Part shown: positions 25,796-38,451 of the stretch, one piece after another
How the letters are laid out: every line of letters begins with the position of its first letter
Position numbering within the stretch: the first letter of the stretch is position 1
Assembly (NCBI GenBank): GCA_021613535.1
Contig: CP075493.1
Location: 992,001 to 1,056,000 of the forward strand
Length of the DNA stretch: 64,000 nt
Origin: Adineta vaga
Lineage: Eukaryota; Animalia; Rotifera
Reading direction: 5' to 3'
The notes under the pieces: model-generated
Told to the model about the DNA's origin: nothing
Database searches by the model: none
Seen by the model: the letters and a program-made list of their open reading frames with translations, nothing else
Made by a program: the position numbers and the translations under genes

Positions 25796-27830
25796 ATGAT
25801 TTCTTCAATCTTTTTCTTTTTTTTAATTCAACAAATTCAAGGTTAAATTTTATTTAAATATTTTATTTTTAATCTTTTTCTTTTTTTTCAAAAAAGGAAT
25901 TTCATATAATCAACCATCAATCTCATTTGATTCATCATGGAATCCAAATGGAACAATAATTGCAAATAAAACATTAATTGGATTATTTCCTTCAGATTTC
26001 TTTATTGATAAAAATAATACAATTTTTATTCCAAATAGAGAAACAAAACAAATTCTTCTTCTTTCTCTTCAAGGAAATTTAAATTCAAAGATGAATATTT
26101 CAATAAATTCATCAACTATTTTTATTGGAGAAACAAATGAAATCTATTTTGATACATTTGAATTCAATAGTGGTATTAGTCAAATTGAATTAAATTCAAC
26201 AAATTTAATAAAAAAACAAATGAATTTATGTGAACAATGTTTTGATATTTTTATTGATCAAAATCAAAATCTTTTTTGTTCAATTTCAACTCGACATCAA
26301 ATTCTTTCAAAATCATTAATTTATTTATGGAATCCTTTAATGATTATTGCAGGAACAGGAACAAAAGGTTCAACATCAACAACACTTTCAAATCCAAAAG
26401 GAATTTTTATTGATCAATCAAATCAAAATTTATTTGTTGCTGATTGTGATAATAATAGAATTCAATTATTTCAATCAGAATCTTTTATTGGTCAAACTAT
26501 TGTCGGAAATTATTCATTTAATTATTCAATTAATTTAAATTGTCCTTCGGATATTATTTTAGATTTTAATCAATTTTTATTTATTATTGATTCAAATAAT
26601 CACAGAATTATTCAACAAAAACAAAATGGATTTTCTTGTATTATTGGTTGTACAAATTCACAATTAAATTATCCTTCAACGATTTCATTTGATTCAATTG
26701 GAAATATTTTTATTATTAATCAAAACAATCATCAATTAATTAAATTTGATTTAATTATTTATCAATCGAAAGGTTTCGTTTTTTTTAATTCATTTATTTT
26801 TATTTTAAAAAATTTTCTTTCTTTTTTAGGATGGAATATCACAGGTAATATGAATGTTGAACGATCTTATCATACAGCAACAATTTTATCAAATGGAACA
26901 GTTTTAGTTACTGGTGGAGTGAATAGTGGTGGTTATCTCAACAGTGCTGAATTCTATGATCCAACAACAAGTATTTGGACAACAACAATGAATATGAGTG
27001 TTGCACGATCTTATCATACAGCAACAATTTTATTAAATGGAACAGTTTTAGTTACTGGTGGATACAATAGCAATTCTTCTGTCAACAGTGTTGAATTATA
27101 TGATCCAACAACAGGTAATTGGACAACAACAATGAATATGAGTGTTGAACGATCTTATCACACAGCAACAGTTTTATCAAATGGAAAAGTTTTAGTTACT
27201 GGTGGAGAGAATAGTGGTGGTTATCTCAACAGTGCTGAATTATATGATCCAACAACAGGTAATTGGACAACAACAATGAATATGAATGTTGCACGACGAC
27301 AGCATACAGCAACAATTTTATCAAATGAAACAGTTTTAGTTACTGGTGGAGCGAATAGTGGTGGTTATCTCAACAATGTTGAATTATATGATCCAACAAC
27401 AGGTATTTGGACAACAACAATGAATATGAGTGTTGCACGACGATATCATACAGCAACAATTTTATCAAATGGAAAAGTTTTAGTTACTGGTGGATCCAGT
27501 AATGGTGTTTATTTCAACAGTGCTGAATTATATGATCCAACAACAGGTATTTGGACAACAACAATGAATATGAATGTTGCACGACGACAGCATACAGCAA
27601 CAATTTTATCAAATGAAACAGTTTTAGTTACTGGTGGAGCGAATAGTGGTGGTTATCTCAACAGTGCTGAATTATATGATCCAACAACAGGTAATTGGAC
27701 AACAACAAAGAACATGAGTGCTGCACGATATGTTCATAGAGCAACAATTTTATCAAATGGAACAGTTTTAGTTACTGGTGGAAACAATAGTGTCAGTTTT
27801 TATTTGAAAAGCTGTGAATTATATGAATAA
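25796..27830 (+). CDS. Secreted NHL-repeat plus 7x Kelch-repeat protein
   Basis: Signal-peptide exon 25796-25841 (MISSIFFFFLIQQIQG), intron to 25896, NHL propeller (AGTGTKGSTSTTLSNPKGIFID...VADCDNNRIQ), in-frame 57-nt intron 26773..26829, then seven 48-aa Kelch repeats (HTATILSNGxVLVTGG..SAELYDP..W). Confidence 0.88.
26830..27827 (+). repeat. Coding tandem repeat, 7 x 144 bp (Kelch units)
   Basis: Near-identical DNA units (ggacaacaacaatgaatatgartgttg...gttttagttactggtgga...tatgatccaacaacagg); units 4 and 6 are almost identical. Confidence 0.95.
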
Positions 27831-28480
27831 ACTTTGATAAAAAGAGAAAAAACAAATTTTTCAAAATTAAAATCGAAAACAAAACTTTTTGAAAAAGTAA
27901 AATAATTTTTAAAAGAAAAAAAACTAAATTTTTAAATTTGATGAAGAAAAGATGAAAATATTTCAATAAAAATAAATTCAAAATGAAAAATTCTAAAAGA
28001 ATATTTTAAGAAAAGTTTTTTTTAAATTTTTTCTTAATAAAAAAACGTAAATATTTTAATTTAATTTTTTCTTTTTAGAAATAAATTCAAATTTTTATCA
28101 AATAAAATAAAATTTTTATTTTAATTTTTTGAAATCTGTATTTCAAATTGAAAATAATAAATAAAAGAACAAAAATCCTATTGATTATTTTATTTTCAAT
28201 AAAACCTTTTCATATTTTTATTTTTGTTCAATTTTTTCATTAAATAATTTTTGATAAAATGATAAAATGTTTGTTTTCATTATTTATTTATAAAGAAATA
28301 TGTCTTTGATTATCTTTTAGATTTAAAATATTTATTAAATAAAAACAAATATTTCTATTAAATTTCATTAGCTTATTTTATATTTTTAATTGAAAGAGAA
28401 TACACCAAAATAGAAAAGATAAAATAACAAATGGTACGTGTCATCGGTAAAAATAACATTACGGAAAATCAGACAGTTTC

Positions 28481-28893
28481 TGTAAAGGTGCTTGTTAGCT
28501 CCTATCGAGCTTGTTCGTGTTTATTTATCTCTCTATATTTTCATACATGAAAACACACGCGATTATATATCGGGAGAGAAGGAGAGCGAGCAGGAGAGAA
28601 CAAAGACTAGAGAAAAGATAGATCGAGGGACGTGCCGCTAACACGTATCCCTCCAGAGAGAACGGTGTGTCCGCACACCAAAATACAATACACTATTAGG
28701 AAAAGAACCACGACAAAAACATGAGAAAGTTCACAGAGAGTAGACAGAAAAAAGTAGATGTATATATAAAAAAACACAACAACAACAAACAGATTGTACA
28801 AAAAAATTGATTATTAAATCATTCGTTGTATAAATGAAGCACGTTCCGATGTTTGTCGGGATGTCATTGCTCGATCAGTTGTTCGCTATAACA
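28481..28893 (-). mobile_element. Solo LTR (related to family A)
   Basis: Minus strand reads TGTTATAG...TATATAA...AATAAACACG...ACCTTTACA, sharing the poly(A)-signal context and 3' terminus of 24536..24877. Confidence 0.65.
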
Positions 28894-29093
28894 TTCATCA
28901 ATTGTTCGTTGAACCATTTCGATGTCTTTCTATTCGCGAGATATAAATCGAGTGTGAAAATTAATTCATAATTTTGCTTTTAAAATCGGTTGTTGATCGA
29001 ATGAAATAATTTGATTTAAAATTATTTTCTTCTATATCTTCTTCGTTCACATTGAATATGTTTAAATTTAATTTTGATTTAATTTTGTCTATT

Positions 29094-29142
29094 GTCAAGG
29101 GTGTGGGTTATATAAACAGAAGACACCCACACCCACCCTTTG
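29094..29142. repeat. Telomere-type fold-back element copy
   Basis: AAGGGTGTGGG..spacer..CACCCACACCCACCCTTT. Confidence 0.7.
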
Positions 29143-29713
29143 GACATCAATAATCATAGCAGTAGATCGAATATCTACGCTCAGTGTAGCATTGGTTCCT
29201 GAATTGTTACAAAACTAGTTAGAGACAACAGTAAATGGAGAAGGTTTACAAGAGTTGAAGTCAAAAGGATTACTTCTTACTAATGTTGAGCCACTTATTT
29301 ATTTAACTTGCAAGAAAAGTCAATCGTCTGCATCAACTGCAAACAAACTATGTCATAGCAATGTTGTTGAATGTACATCTCCTGTGTAATCATTTACTAA
29401 CTGATTAATAATGCCATTGTTTCACGAAAAGCACAAGGAAAGTGAGCAGGATAAGAACTGTTATAGAAAATATTTTTGACATTTCAAGAAAAAAAACTAA
29501 TGGAAACAACATGAAAATTGAATTTTGTTACAAATCAAAAAGAAGTGTTCATAATCAATTAAGGTCCAACAGATGACATAAACAGTACGATGTCCTTTTT
29601 TTGCTACTTTTTTCAACTTCTTTTTTATGAGTTAATTGAATATTTTTTGATAAACTTTCACCATATTCTTTCTATCTTCGATGGTGATGTGTGTCATTCC
29701 GTGCTGCTTTCAA

Positions 29714-30225
29714 TCAATCAACTAAATCATTATGTTCGTAATGATGAGCTAAACTAATTAATACAAGTCGAATATTCTCACGAAACATCGAAGCAGTATT
29801 GCGAGTAAAACTTTCGCGTACAACAATTCGACAAATAGTAATTGCATTAGCATTCGCAGCCAATGTATAAGCAGGTACAATCCAACTGGTGAACACGAGT
29901 CGTTTCATTAAATTTCAGATTTTTGCTCAATTGAATGAAAATGAAATTATGGGTGAAGAAGGTTGGTCATTTTGACGGCGAATAATAATTACTTCATCGG
30001 TGGTTATGCTGTCAATGAATTAACTAAATATTTTTCGTTGTCTACGGATAATTGCACAATTCGCTCGTAGCCTTCCAAACCGAATCGAAGAAATTAATAG
30101 TATTGTGCTATAATATCAGCAGTAGAACGTGAGAAATTAAAATTCAATGTAGGTTCATCAATGCCTAAGTAATTCACATGAAAGATTAACTCTTCAGGAA
30201 GATCGGCTTTTCGACGCCTCTGCTG
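29714..30225 (-). pseudogene. Glutamate decarboxylase (bacterial/plant/fungal GadB-type) C-terminal relic
   Basis: [52 protein letters not shown] ... SWIVPAYTLAANANAITICRIVVRESFTRNTASMFRENI matches the GadB-type motifs LPxELxFxVxYLG, NFSR..QYYxFLRxGxEGY and WxVPAY..RIVVR; stops, frameshifts and missing 5' half. Confidence 0.85.
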
Positions 30226-30686
30226 ATCTCTCACCCACACCCATAATATTGACATCTACCTCTTTCCACCCACCCATCCTTATGACACATATCTCGTTGA
30301 TTCATTTGAAACGCCATCTGTACATGATATTTACTAAACTGGTTTACTTGAAATTATATAACGGTTATAATTGCATATTCACAATGATTATAAATCGTTA
30401 GCATTTGCCTCAGTTTACTTAAGCACGCCATAAAATAAGATGAAACACATATTGTTTTGCCATGACTTACATCCTTTTAACTCTGTCACATGTTGATGAA
30501 AAACATTCATTCACAAAGATTGCACATATGTGTTGGTTTTTACGTCAATAAAATGTAAATAACAAGTCCTTAAGATGATAAGTAGTTTTCTTTCTCTAGA
30601 TCTCGTATCTCTAATATAAAATACCAAAACAACAGTTGTCTTTCATTTATCTGCAAGCCTATATAGTCAGTATAGTACTGATTAAA

Positions 30687-31942
30687 ATGCTCGTATTACG
30701 TGTTTTCTTTGTTAGTGTATTGTTATACAATGCTCAGGGAGCCATCAATCTGTTCTATCCCTCGAATGTCACGGAAGAAAATTGTTCAGGAAATCGTGGT
30801 TGGACGATGTGGTTCAATGTAGGGAAACCAAAAGATAATACAAGTGGTGATAGCGAAGATATGAGTGTCATATTTGCACAAAATCCCAAAATATTATGTC
30901 GTATTCCATTGGCTATTCAAGCTCAATCAGTCAACTATCGAACGGGTGGTTGGTCAGTTCAATGGTCCTGGAAATGGCCGGATGCTACACTCTATCTGCT
31001 GTCATTCTATTCGTTTGCACCTGGTGGCGTCGATTTTCGAGTTCGATACTGTTGTCCAATAGGTTCATTTGTCGGAACGACAACAACAACAACGACTCCA
31101 TTGCCACTTGATAGCAACACTTGTGGTAAACAACTAACTAAACCACGATCAAGTAGTTCGAGTCGAATATTTGGTGGAGAAAATGCTATTGCAAATTCAT
31201 GGCCTTGGGTTAGTATCAAAAGTTAATTATAATTGTTTTATAGTTTTTTTAACCTTTTATATAGATGATTTATTATCAAGAAAAGAAAACATGTGGTAAT
31301 AATGTATGCTATGGTATATGCGGCGGCACTTTGATCAATACAAATTACATTATTACAGCTGCTCATTGTATTGGTACAAAAAATGCAACAGACATTACTT
31401 TGATTGCAGGAATGCATAATCGAATGTCAACTACAGAGACAGCTACACGACAAATGCGTACTGTTCAAGCGATTTATGTTCATCCTGAATACGATACAGT
31501 AACCAATATAAACGATATTGCCGTATTGCGTGTAAGTATACCGTTTACATTGAGTACCTATGTTCAACCGGCATGTTTACCCGGTGGAGAACCAAAACCC
31601 AACGAGCAAGTGGTTGTCGCTGGATGGGGTGCTCAGGCGTTTGCTGGAACAGTTAATGATATACTCAAACAAGCATATACAAAAATTGTTGATAAATGTG
31701 ATTCTTGGTGGCCATCTGTAGATAGTTCAAAACAAATATGCGTGGCCAATTCTATCGATGGAAGTTCGGCATGTCAAGGTGACAGTGGTGGACCCATTCT
31801 AGCTCAATACAACGGACAATATGTTGTATCTGGCGTCGCTAGCTATGTCAAGGACTGCAACACAAAGGGATCTACTAATTCACCTAATGTCTATACTCGT
31901 GTAGCAGCTTACAAAGCATGGATAAAAAGAATAATTAATTAA
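30687..31942 (+). CDS. Secreted WxxW-domain plus S1A serine protease zymogen
   Basis: Signal peptide; WTMWFNVGKP..GDSE..C..P.AIQ..DFRVRYCC (Mucin2_WxxW-like); Thr linker; CG..SR|IFGG activation site; TAAHC, DIAVL, GDSGG; intron 31210..31264. Confidence 0.92.
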
Positions 31943-32276
31943 ACAAATAACATAAAAAGGAACATGATCGATTTAATTATATACGTATTTAATTCTTTTT
32001 TTTAAGTTCAAACTCACACCTAAGTAGAAGACAAAGCAGTTTTTCTTTGGTCCAATCTCCTTGAAAAAAAAATGTTGCAACACATAGTTTTCCTTTTTTG
32101 CAATAACTAATAAACTATATAAAAAAAGCGAAGAAAAAAATGTGAATAAAAGCTCAAACTGTTACAGAGAAGTGAGAGAACAACATTTTGCCTTCATCAT
32201 AACGCATTGAATACTTAGCTATTTTCTTCTACAACATCAACACTACCATCAAACGATCACAAACAACTAAGAATAT

Positions 32277-32397
32277 CTAAGGGTGTGGGTGTGAGTGTCG
32301 TCTTTATCTCACATTCACACTCTACACTCCCAAGATCGCCACACCCTTACACACCCTCACCCTCACCCACACCCACCCATCCACCCACACCCATCAA
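32277..32397. repeat. Telomere-type fold-back element copy (long C-rich arm)
   Basis: TAAGGGTGTGGGTGTGAGTGT...CCCTCACCCTCACCCACACCCACCCATCCACCCACACCCATCAA. Confidence 0.8.
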
Positions 32398-34436
32398 AAT
32401 TTATTCAAAAACTATTGACTAGCATTCGCATTACTGTGACACATGTAAACGAAACATAGCTCTTATCGAAATTTTATTTTTATGATATTGGTTGCAAATA
32501 GCATAGAAAAAAAGAGTATTTTTGTCTCTATCATCCTACGTAAAAAGAAACTTTTATCAAGCTTAATATATGCTACTAAAACGTCGTTATCACTACTTTC
32601 GGATAATCCTATGTATTTCTTATCAATTGATAATATAAATCGATGAAGTTAATGAATTTTCTAATAACTAAAACAACATTTTTTTAAAGACCAATTTGAA
32701 ATAAATGAATAATTTTATTACATCCATAAATTATTTTCATATATTTAGATAATCACTTTGTACATGAGAAACATTCATTTCATTATGAAGTATTCTTTTC
32801 TTTCAACTGAAGAAAAGTTGTATTAAAACTAAAAACTATTTTTTCTCGTTATTACTAGTCGTTTAATGTCATTCATAGAATCAATTAAACAAACATAGAA
32901 CACTTGACATAAATCATCTCTTCGCACTCTTCTTTTACATTTAAATTCGATTGAAATTTATAAACAGCTATAGAATAACGAATTTCTGATAAAATAATAT
33001 CCTTCTCTTTTCTTTCCATTTCATATATTAAATTTGTTCGACAAATATTATTTCGTATAATTTATATATCAATCATTCTTTTTTCAAATATTTTCATCAG
33101 TACCAATTCAAGATGGAAAATCGATGATAGATATTTTTGTTCGTATATTTCACAAAAATTTTATTGTCAATACATTTATACAATCGTTTTGATCGAGTTG
33201 TAATCTTCAATGATTTTATTATCCGATACTGATAATTTATATAAGTTAAAAAATAAAATATAATCAATTGTTCCTCCATATTATCAAGATCGTTTCTATG
33301 ATAGTGCAACAAAATAGAATTAACTGCTTCTACAATTTGTAAGAAATTATATGCATAAATTGATTGTTGATATGATTAAATCATTGCTTTTGTAGAATCA
33401 ATGTTCAATAAATACTCTTACCATTCATTCTTTTGTTTTTATTAAAGAGAAAAACTATCGATAACCTTTTTGTTTGTAAACCCAATTACATAAGCATTTA
33501 TCTCTTTACACTCATAGTTTATTTGATGTTCTTTTTCTCTTTTCTTATTTATAATAGCAATCATTAATCATGTTTATCACAAACAAATCGTTAGTACAAA
33601 AAAAAGAAATTAAATGATTTTATTGAAGGAGAAAATCTCTTGAATGTTTCTAAAACATTTCAAAAAGAGAAAAATTCTTTGTCTTTTTCTAATAATCAAC
33701 ATATGAAATACAATCAATTTGTTGGATTTTGTTCTCTTCGTATTATTTTTGCTTATACAAGTGTAACGATAAAAAAAACGTGCTTTATATCATCGTAGAA
33801 TAAACAAAACAGTATTAATAATGAAAATACAATTGAAAGTTTTGAATTGAGATTAACAGTCGTATGATGTTTATAGTAAACTAATATTACATTATATGAG
33901 AAGAATATTAAACGAAAGTTTTTCAATCGTCAAATACAACAAGCAATAATTGAGAAATCTGGATAGTGAGATTTGTTTGCTGTTTGATTTGATTTTTTTC
34001 AACGTTATTATGTAGAATGAGACAAAGATTCAAATCAATAGCAATTATGACATATTCAAGGTCGTGGGAATATCAAGGAAAAAAAGCACAAAAACAATCA
34101 AGTATATTTAACTTGAAGTATACTTTGTGAATTATTTAGAGAAAAAAAAACAGGTGAAGAACGGAAGAGTGTATCAAAGAAAATGTGAGTTGCATATAGT
34201 TATTAGCAACAATATTTAGAATCATTTGTCTTAAAAATCGATCATCAAGTAAGTTAAATGAAAATTGAAGAAAACATTCAGCAGGTAGAAATATAAAAAA
34301 TTGTTCCCCCCTCCATTTCACTACTAATTTCTCATAATATCATTGAATGTATATTGAAGTTCTCCGAGATATCCAATATTTGAAAGTCCTATATTCATTA
34401 ACGCAAATTAATAATCCTTTTCTTAAATAGTAAACA

Positions 34437-35288
34437 ATGGGTATAAATCAAAGTAATGAAACAATAATGTGCACTGAAAGCATGGACGATGGTGTTTATT
34501 ACTATGCCATATTTCATGAAGAACCTTTTGTTAGTGGTGCATGTCGTGATGTCTACAGAGGAATATTAAAATGTAATGAAGATATGCGTGATAGGGCGCG
34601 ATATAACAAATCACCAGTTGTGGTAAAAATGTTCAAAAAGCGATATGCAAAAGATTTTGGAGCATGGAATGCCGATATATCAGCAAGCAAAACAGCAAAT
34701 AAATATGCAATTTTATTTAATTCAAAAGAATTTATTAATAGAACGTTAAGTTTTTCGATTCCATACGTGGCAAAAATGGATACAAAAGCAAAAGCTGTGC
34801 TTCTAGAATTGATGAATATCGATGAAGAAAAAGGCATGAAAGACAATCGAATTGGTTCAAACGAATATGTATCGATGGAAGAATATATACACGGTGAGTA
34901 TATTAAATTCAACAGCAATAATGGCTACGTAAATAATGTTGTGAATTCATCGACTATATCGACATTTTCACATTGGACATATCATAAGAGTAATGGAGCA
35001 TTGTTGGTATGTGATATCCAAGGAGTGGTGAAAGATAAAAATTATCGTCTTTGTGATCCAGCTATACATTCTGAGAAAGGAGGTGTATATGGTTTAACTG
35101 ATTTAGGTGTTTTGGGACAAGCAAAATTTTTCGAAAGTCATAAATGTAACGATATATGTAAAGATTGGAAAAAAATTGAATTAACAAGAAAACTTCGTCA
35201 ACAAATGTCTGAATTAGAAACTGATGAACATACAACCTTCCTATTTCAAGTTTCTGTTGATATTAAAATAGAAGAAGAAGAACAATGA
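34437..35288 (+). CDS. Alpha-kinase (eEF2K/MHCK-type atypical kinase), stand-alone, intronless
   Basis: PFVSGACRDVY, VVKMF, MEEYIHGEYIKFNSNNG, FSHWTY, VCDIQG, LCDPAIHS, GLTDLG, FFESHKCNDIC. Confidence 0.93.
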   Translation: MGINQSNETIMCTESMDDGVYYYAIFHEEPFVSGACRDVYRGILKCNEDMRDRARYNKSPVVVKMFKKRYAKDFGAWNADISASKTANKYAILFNSKEFINRTLSFSIPYVAKMDTKAKAVLLELMNIDEEKGMKDNRIGSNEYVSMEEYIHGEYIKFNSNNGYVNNVVNSSTISTFSHWTYHKSNGALLVCDIQGVVKDKNYRLCDPAIHSEKGGVYGLTDLGVLGQAKFFESHKCNDICKDWKKIELTRKLRQQMSELETDEHTTFLFQVSVDIKIEEEEQ

Positions 35289-35465
35289 TTCGTCAATCAT
35301 CGAAATTTAATATTGAGCAAATCTAACTATGATGACTCGAATTTATGTTTAATCTCTTCTATTCCTTTTTTTCTTGTTCAAACTTATCTATTCAGTAAAC
35401 ATCATAATTTATTCGTATGTTATTAAGTTTTTCTCTAACACATATCTAGTATAGTTGCTCGTTAT

Positions 35466-35722
35466 TTTGTGTACTCAAAAAGTGAGTACACTACTAGAAT
35501 CGATCAGTGCGTCCTTCCGGCCGTCCGTTTGTTCGATTGAGCTGAAATTTTATACACAGAATTGTTTCATCAATATTTCGGTCGAATTCGAATATGAAGC
35601 TGATTGGACGAGCCATTGCTGAGTTATTGAAAAGATACTGATATTTCCCTATATCTTCTATCTCATACATTTTTTGCAGTACACATAACTTTCGAATAAA
35701 ATCTGAAGTTTTCGCATTTATT
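35466..35722 (+). mobile_element. DINE-1/HINE-like (Helentron-associated) non-autonomous element
   Basis: TT-flanked 5' palindrome GTGTACTC-AAAAAGT-GAGTACAC followed by TACTAGAATCG, GTCC-type microsatellite, GCTGAAATTTT core, 3' sub-terminal CAGTACAC and a stem-loop AACTTTCG..CTGAAGTT; this is the DINE-1 layout. Confidence 0.7.
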
Positions 35723-35775
35723 TATATAAAGGCAAATAAAATTTGTAGGGAGAACATGAGTATCTAGTGTAAACG

Positions 35776-38246
35776 TCAGTTTTGTAACGTATTTGTTATA
35801 AAAGTGAATACTTCTTCAGGACTACTAGTTACATTAATTTTAGGTTCCAGTAATGTTGCAGCCCATTGTTGATGATATGCTTTATTTAAACAATAAACAG
35901 TAACTGGAAGAGAGGATTGAATTTTTCGACATTCTCGTACAAAACTTTCTCCATCATCTGCTCCATTCGTAATTACAACACAATTCATCAACTGATCATT
36001 CGTCAATTTCAATTGTAAAATTTTTAATGCTTCGACACTTGTTTGACAACCATAGATATTAAAAGCATACTTTTGTTTCATCTTTTTGAAAAGATTACCA
36101 TTTGCTTCATTCGTAATTTTAGCATCACGCCATATAACAAAACTAGATATGCTTAATAGACCAATAATATATAATGGCATAATTTGTTCGTTTTTTTTAA
36201 TAACATATTCTTCAAAAACGGGAATTTCTCCTAATTCAATAGGATAACCATCTCTTCGTGTTTGAACATAGTGACTATCATAGTCAGGAGCCATAGGTTT
36301 GCCCTCAAAACTCTTGTCTTTTATCTCCAATGTTTTACCAAGTCGAACAAGACTACAGATTAAATAAACAATTTTTGATTTCGGTTTAGCATAGAATGAT
36401 GCTTTCCATGGTGAATTACTAAAATAGATTCCTTGTCCATACCAACCTGAATCAGTTCGTTTATTTTTAAAATAATTTTGAAAATTTGCTTCAAATATAC
36501 CATCAAAATTATCGATATTTGTACCATGAAATAAGACTCTTTCTTCTTGACCTATATTGGTTAAACTTAAATATTTTTCACAAATGTTTTCATTGTAAAT
36601 AATCGAAACATGATCAATAATAAATTCTTGAGAACAAGATTGAATAGACTGCATAATAATTGTACTGATTTGTCGACTTTTTTCAATGAGAAATGTCCAA
36701 CATTTTTTACTTATAACAGTAGGTCGTTGACAAAGACGAAGAGCAATACTAATCTCATCAAAAGATAAACAATAATCATTCTTATTGATATTTTTCGTTT
36801 CGAAATTTTCTAATTCAATTTTTATTTTGTCTACTTTTGTAATATTTGATGAATTATGTTCCTTAATAAATTGTTCACATTTTGGTAAGAACATAACACG
36901 CACTTTTTCTACGATTTTCTTTGTTTTATTCCAGAGTTTCTTTAATTTTGGTATTAATTTCAACTTAAATATAATACTACCTTCTTCTACATTAACAATG
37001 ATCAAATCAGTTTGTTGAATTTCTAAATCATCTGCTAAACATTGAAGAAATTCATTCCAATCAAATTCATTTGGTGAAAGTGGTATTGTTAAGTTTACTG
37101 TTGGAAGTGAATCAATACATTGTCGAGAAAAATTTGGTAATGGAATTAAAATAGTTTGATTTCGATTAATTGTTGGTGTATTTCTAACTATTTGTTTTGT
37201 CAGTTCTTTTAAAATATTTGGTAGAATATCTTCTTTCTTAGGTGACAAAGATATATTCAGAATTTTCTTTAAATCAATGTTTTCTGATGATGCAAGAAAA
37301 ACATCTTGACTGATATGGATTGATGTTTCAAGAATTTGTGTGAATCTTAAACGAACTTCAGGTAAACTATCCTTCTTATTCCATGTTTGATGAAGTCCAT
37401 TTTCAAAGATTGTTTCATTAGCAATCAATTCACGAAAATCAAACCATAAATAACAATCGTTTTCTATTGTAGACATATTCGCTTGTCGACAAACATTATC
37501 GATTACTTTTTCTACTGTCATATTTCGATACACACGTACTTCGTAAATGGTATTTGTTGGACGAAATCGAACGGAAATACTGTCAATGGGTTCAGATGAT
37601 TCGATAGTAGAAGGGTGTATCTCACGTCCCACATACGTCTCATTTGATTCTATTCGTTTGTTACATCTATATGTATGAAGAATAAGATTGATGTTTGTCT
37701 TTTTTTCCTATCATAATTATTTACCTTTCTTTTATATTTAGTTGTCTAATAGGTATAGGTATCTTAGATTTTTTATTCAAAGGTGTTTGTCGAGTGTTGC
37801 TAGAAGTTATTGTTGATAGTCTTATTGGTATTCTAGATTTGGTTCTGTCATTTCTAATAGTTCCCTCTGATACTACATGAACAGATAGTTGATTATTGGT
37901 ATACTGTTCTTGTTCATTTATAGATTGTGATGATTTTGAACGAAGTTGATCTTTTAAATGACGACAGGGTGGATCGTGTGAATTGGCTGAAAACTTTTTT
38001 CGATGCTCAACACATCGATCACATGAAGAACTTTGAGTTGTTTTTTCTTGATGTTGAATAATACCACCTCTATTTCGAACTAAGTTAGCAAAAATTAAAT
38101 GTTGACTTGAAAGTCTTGAATTAATTGGACGTATGTCTGATTCTAACTCTGTTGATGAACTTGGCATTCCTGCTGCTATGTTTTCTTCAGACGATGCCAT
38201 GAAAATAGATGGTAATTTTTCCAACTCAGTTTTTGTTTTAATGTGC
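35776..38246 (-). CDS. Ubiquitin-like plus PARP-catalytic (ART, H-Y-E) plus C-terminal receiver-like domain protein; first exon(s) not located
   Basis: ORF 37721..38224 splices (AG|GTAA at about 37724 to ATAG|A at about 37667) in frame into 35776..37632. Ubl (VRVYRNMTVEKV..LWFDFREL..TIFENGL); LFHGT, GWYGQGIYFS, EEYVIK..QIMPLY; C-terminal VIWRD..VVITNG..VTVYC. Confidence 0.85.
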
Positions 38247-38451
38247 CTGCAAGAAGGAAAAAAGATCGAATACGATAAGCCTACAGTTGTAATTTTTTAT
38301 TCAAATCTACTTACTTTATTCATCTCTATTTGATTAGGTAGAAAAAATGCATAACTGTAAGATTTCATTGATTAAAAAATTCTTTTCTTCTACATACGAA
38401 AAAGAATAAATTCAAATGCGTAATTCGCTGCATATTAATAAGAAAAAAATA

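Noticed and set aside
26830-27827. CRISPR-like array
   Set aside because: The repeats are contiguous 144-bp coding Kelch units with no unique spacers; the context is eukaryotic.
27830-28400. Extremely A/T-rich tract as a functional element
   Set aside because: No periodicity or structure beyond homopolymer runs.
32700-33760. Possible degraded coding sequence
   Set aside because: Only short open stretches and no recognisable motif.
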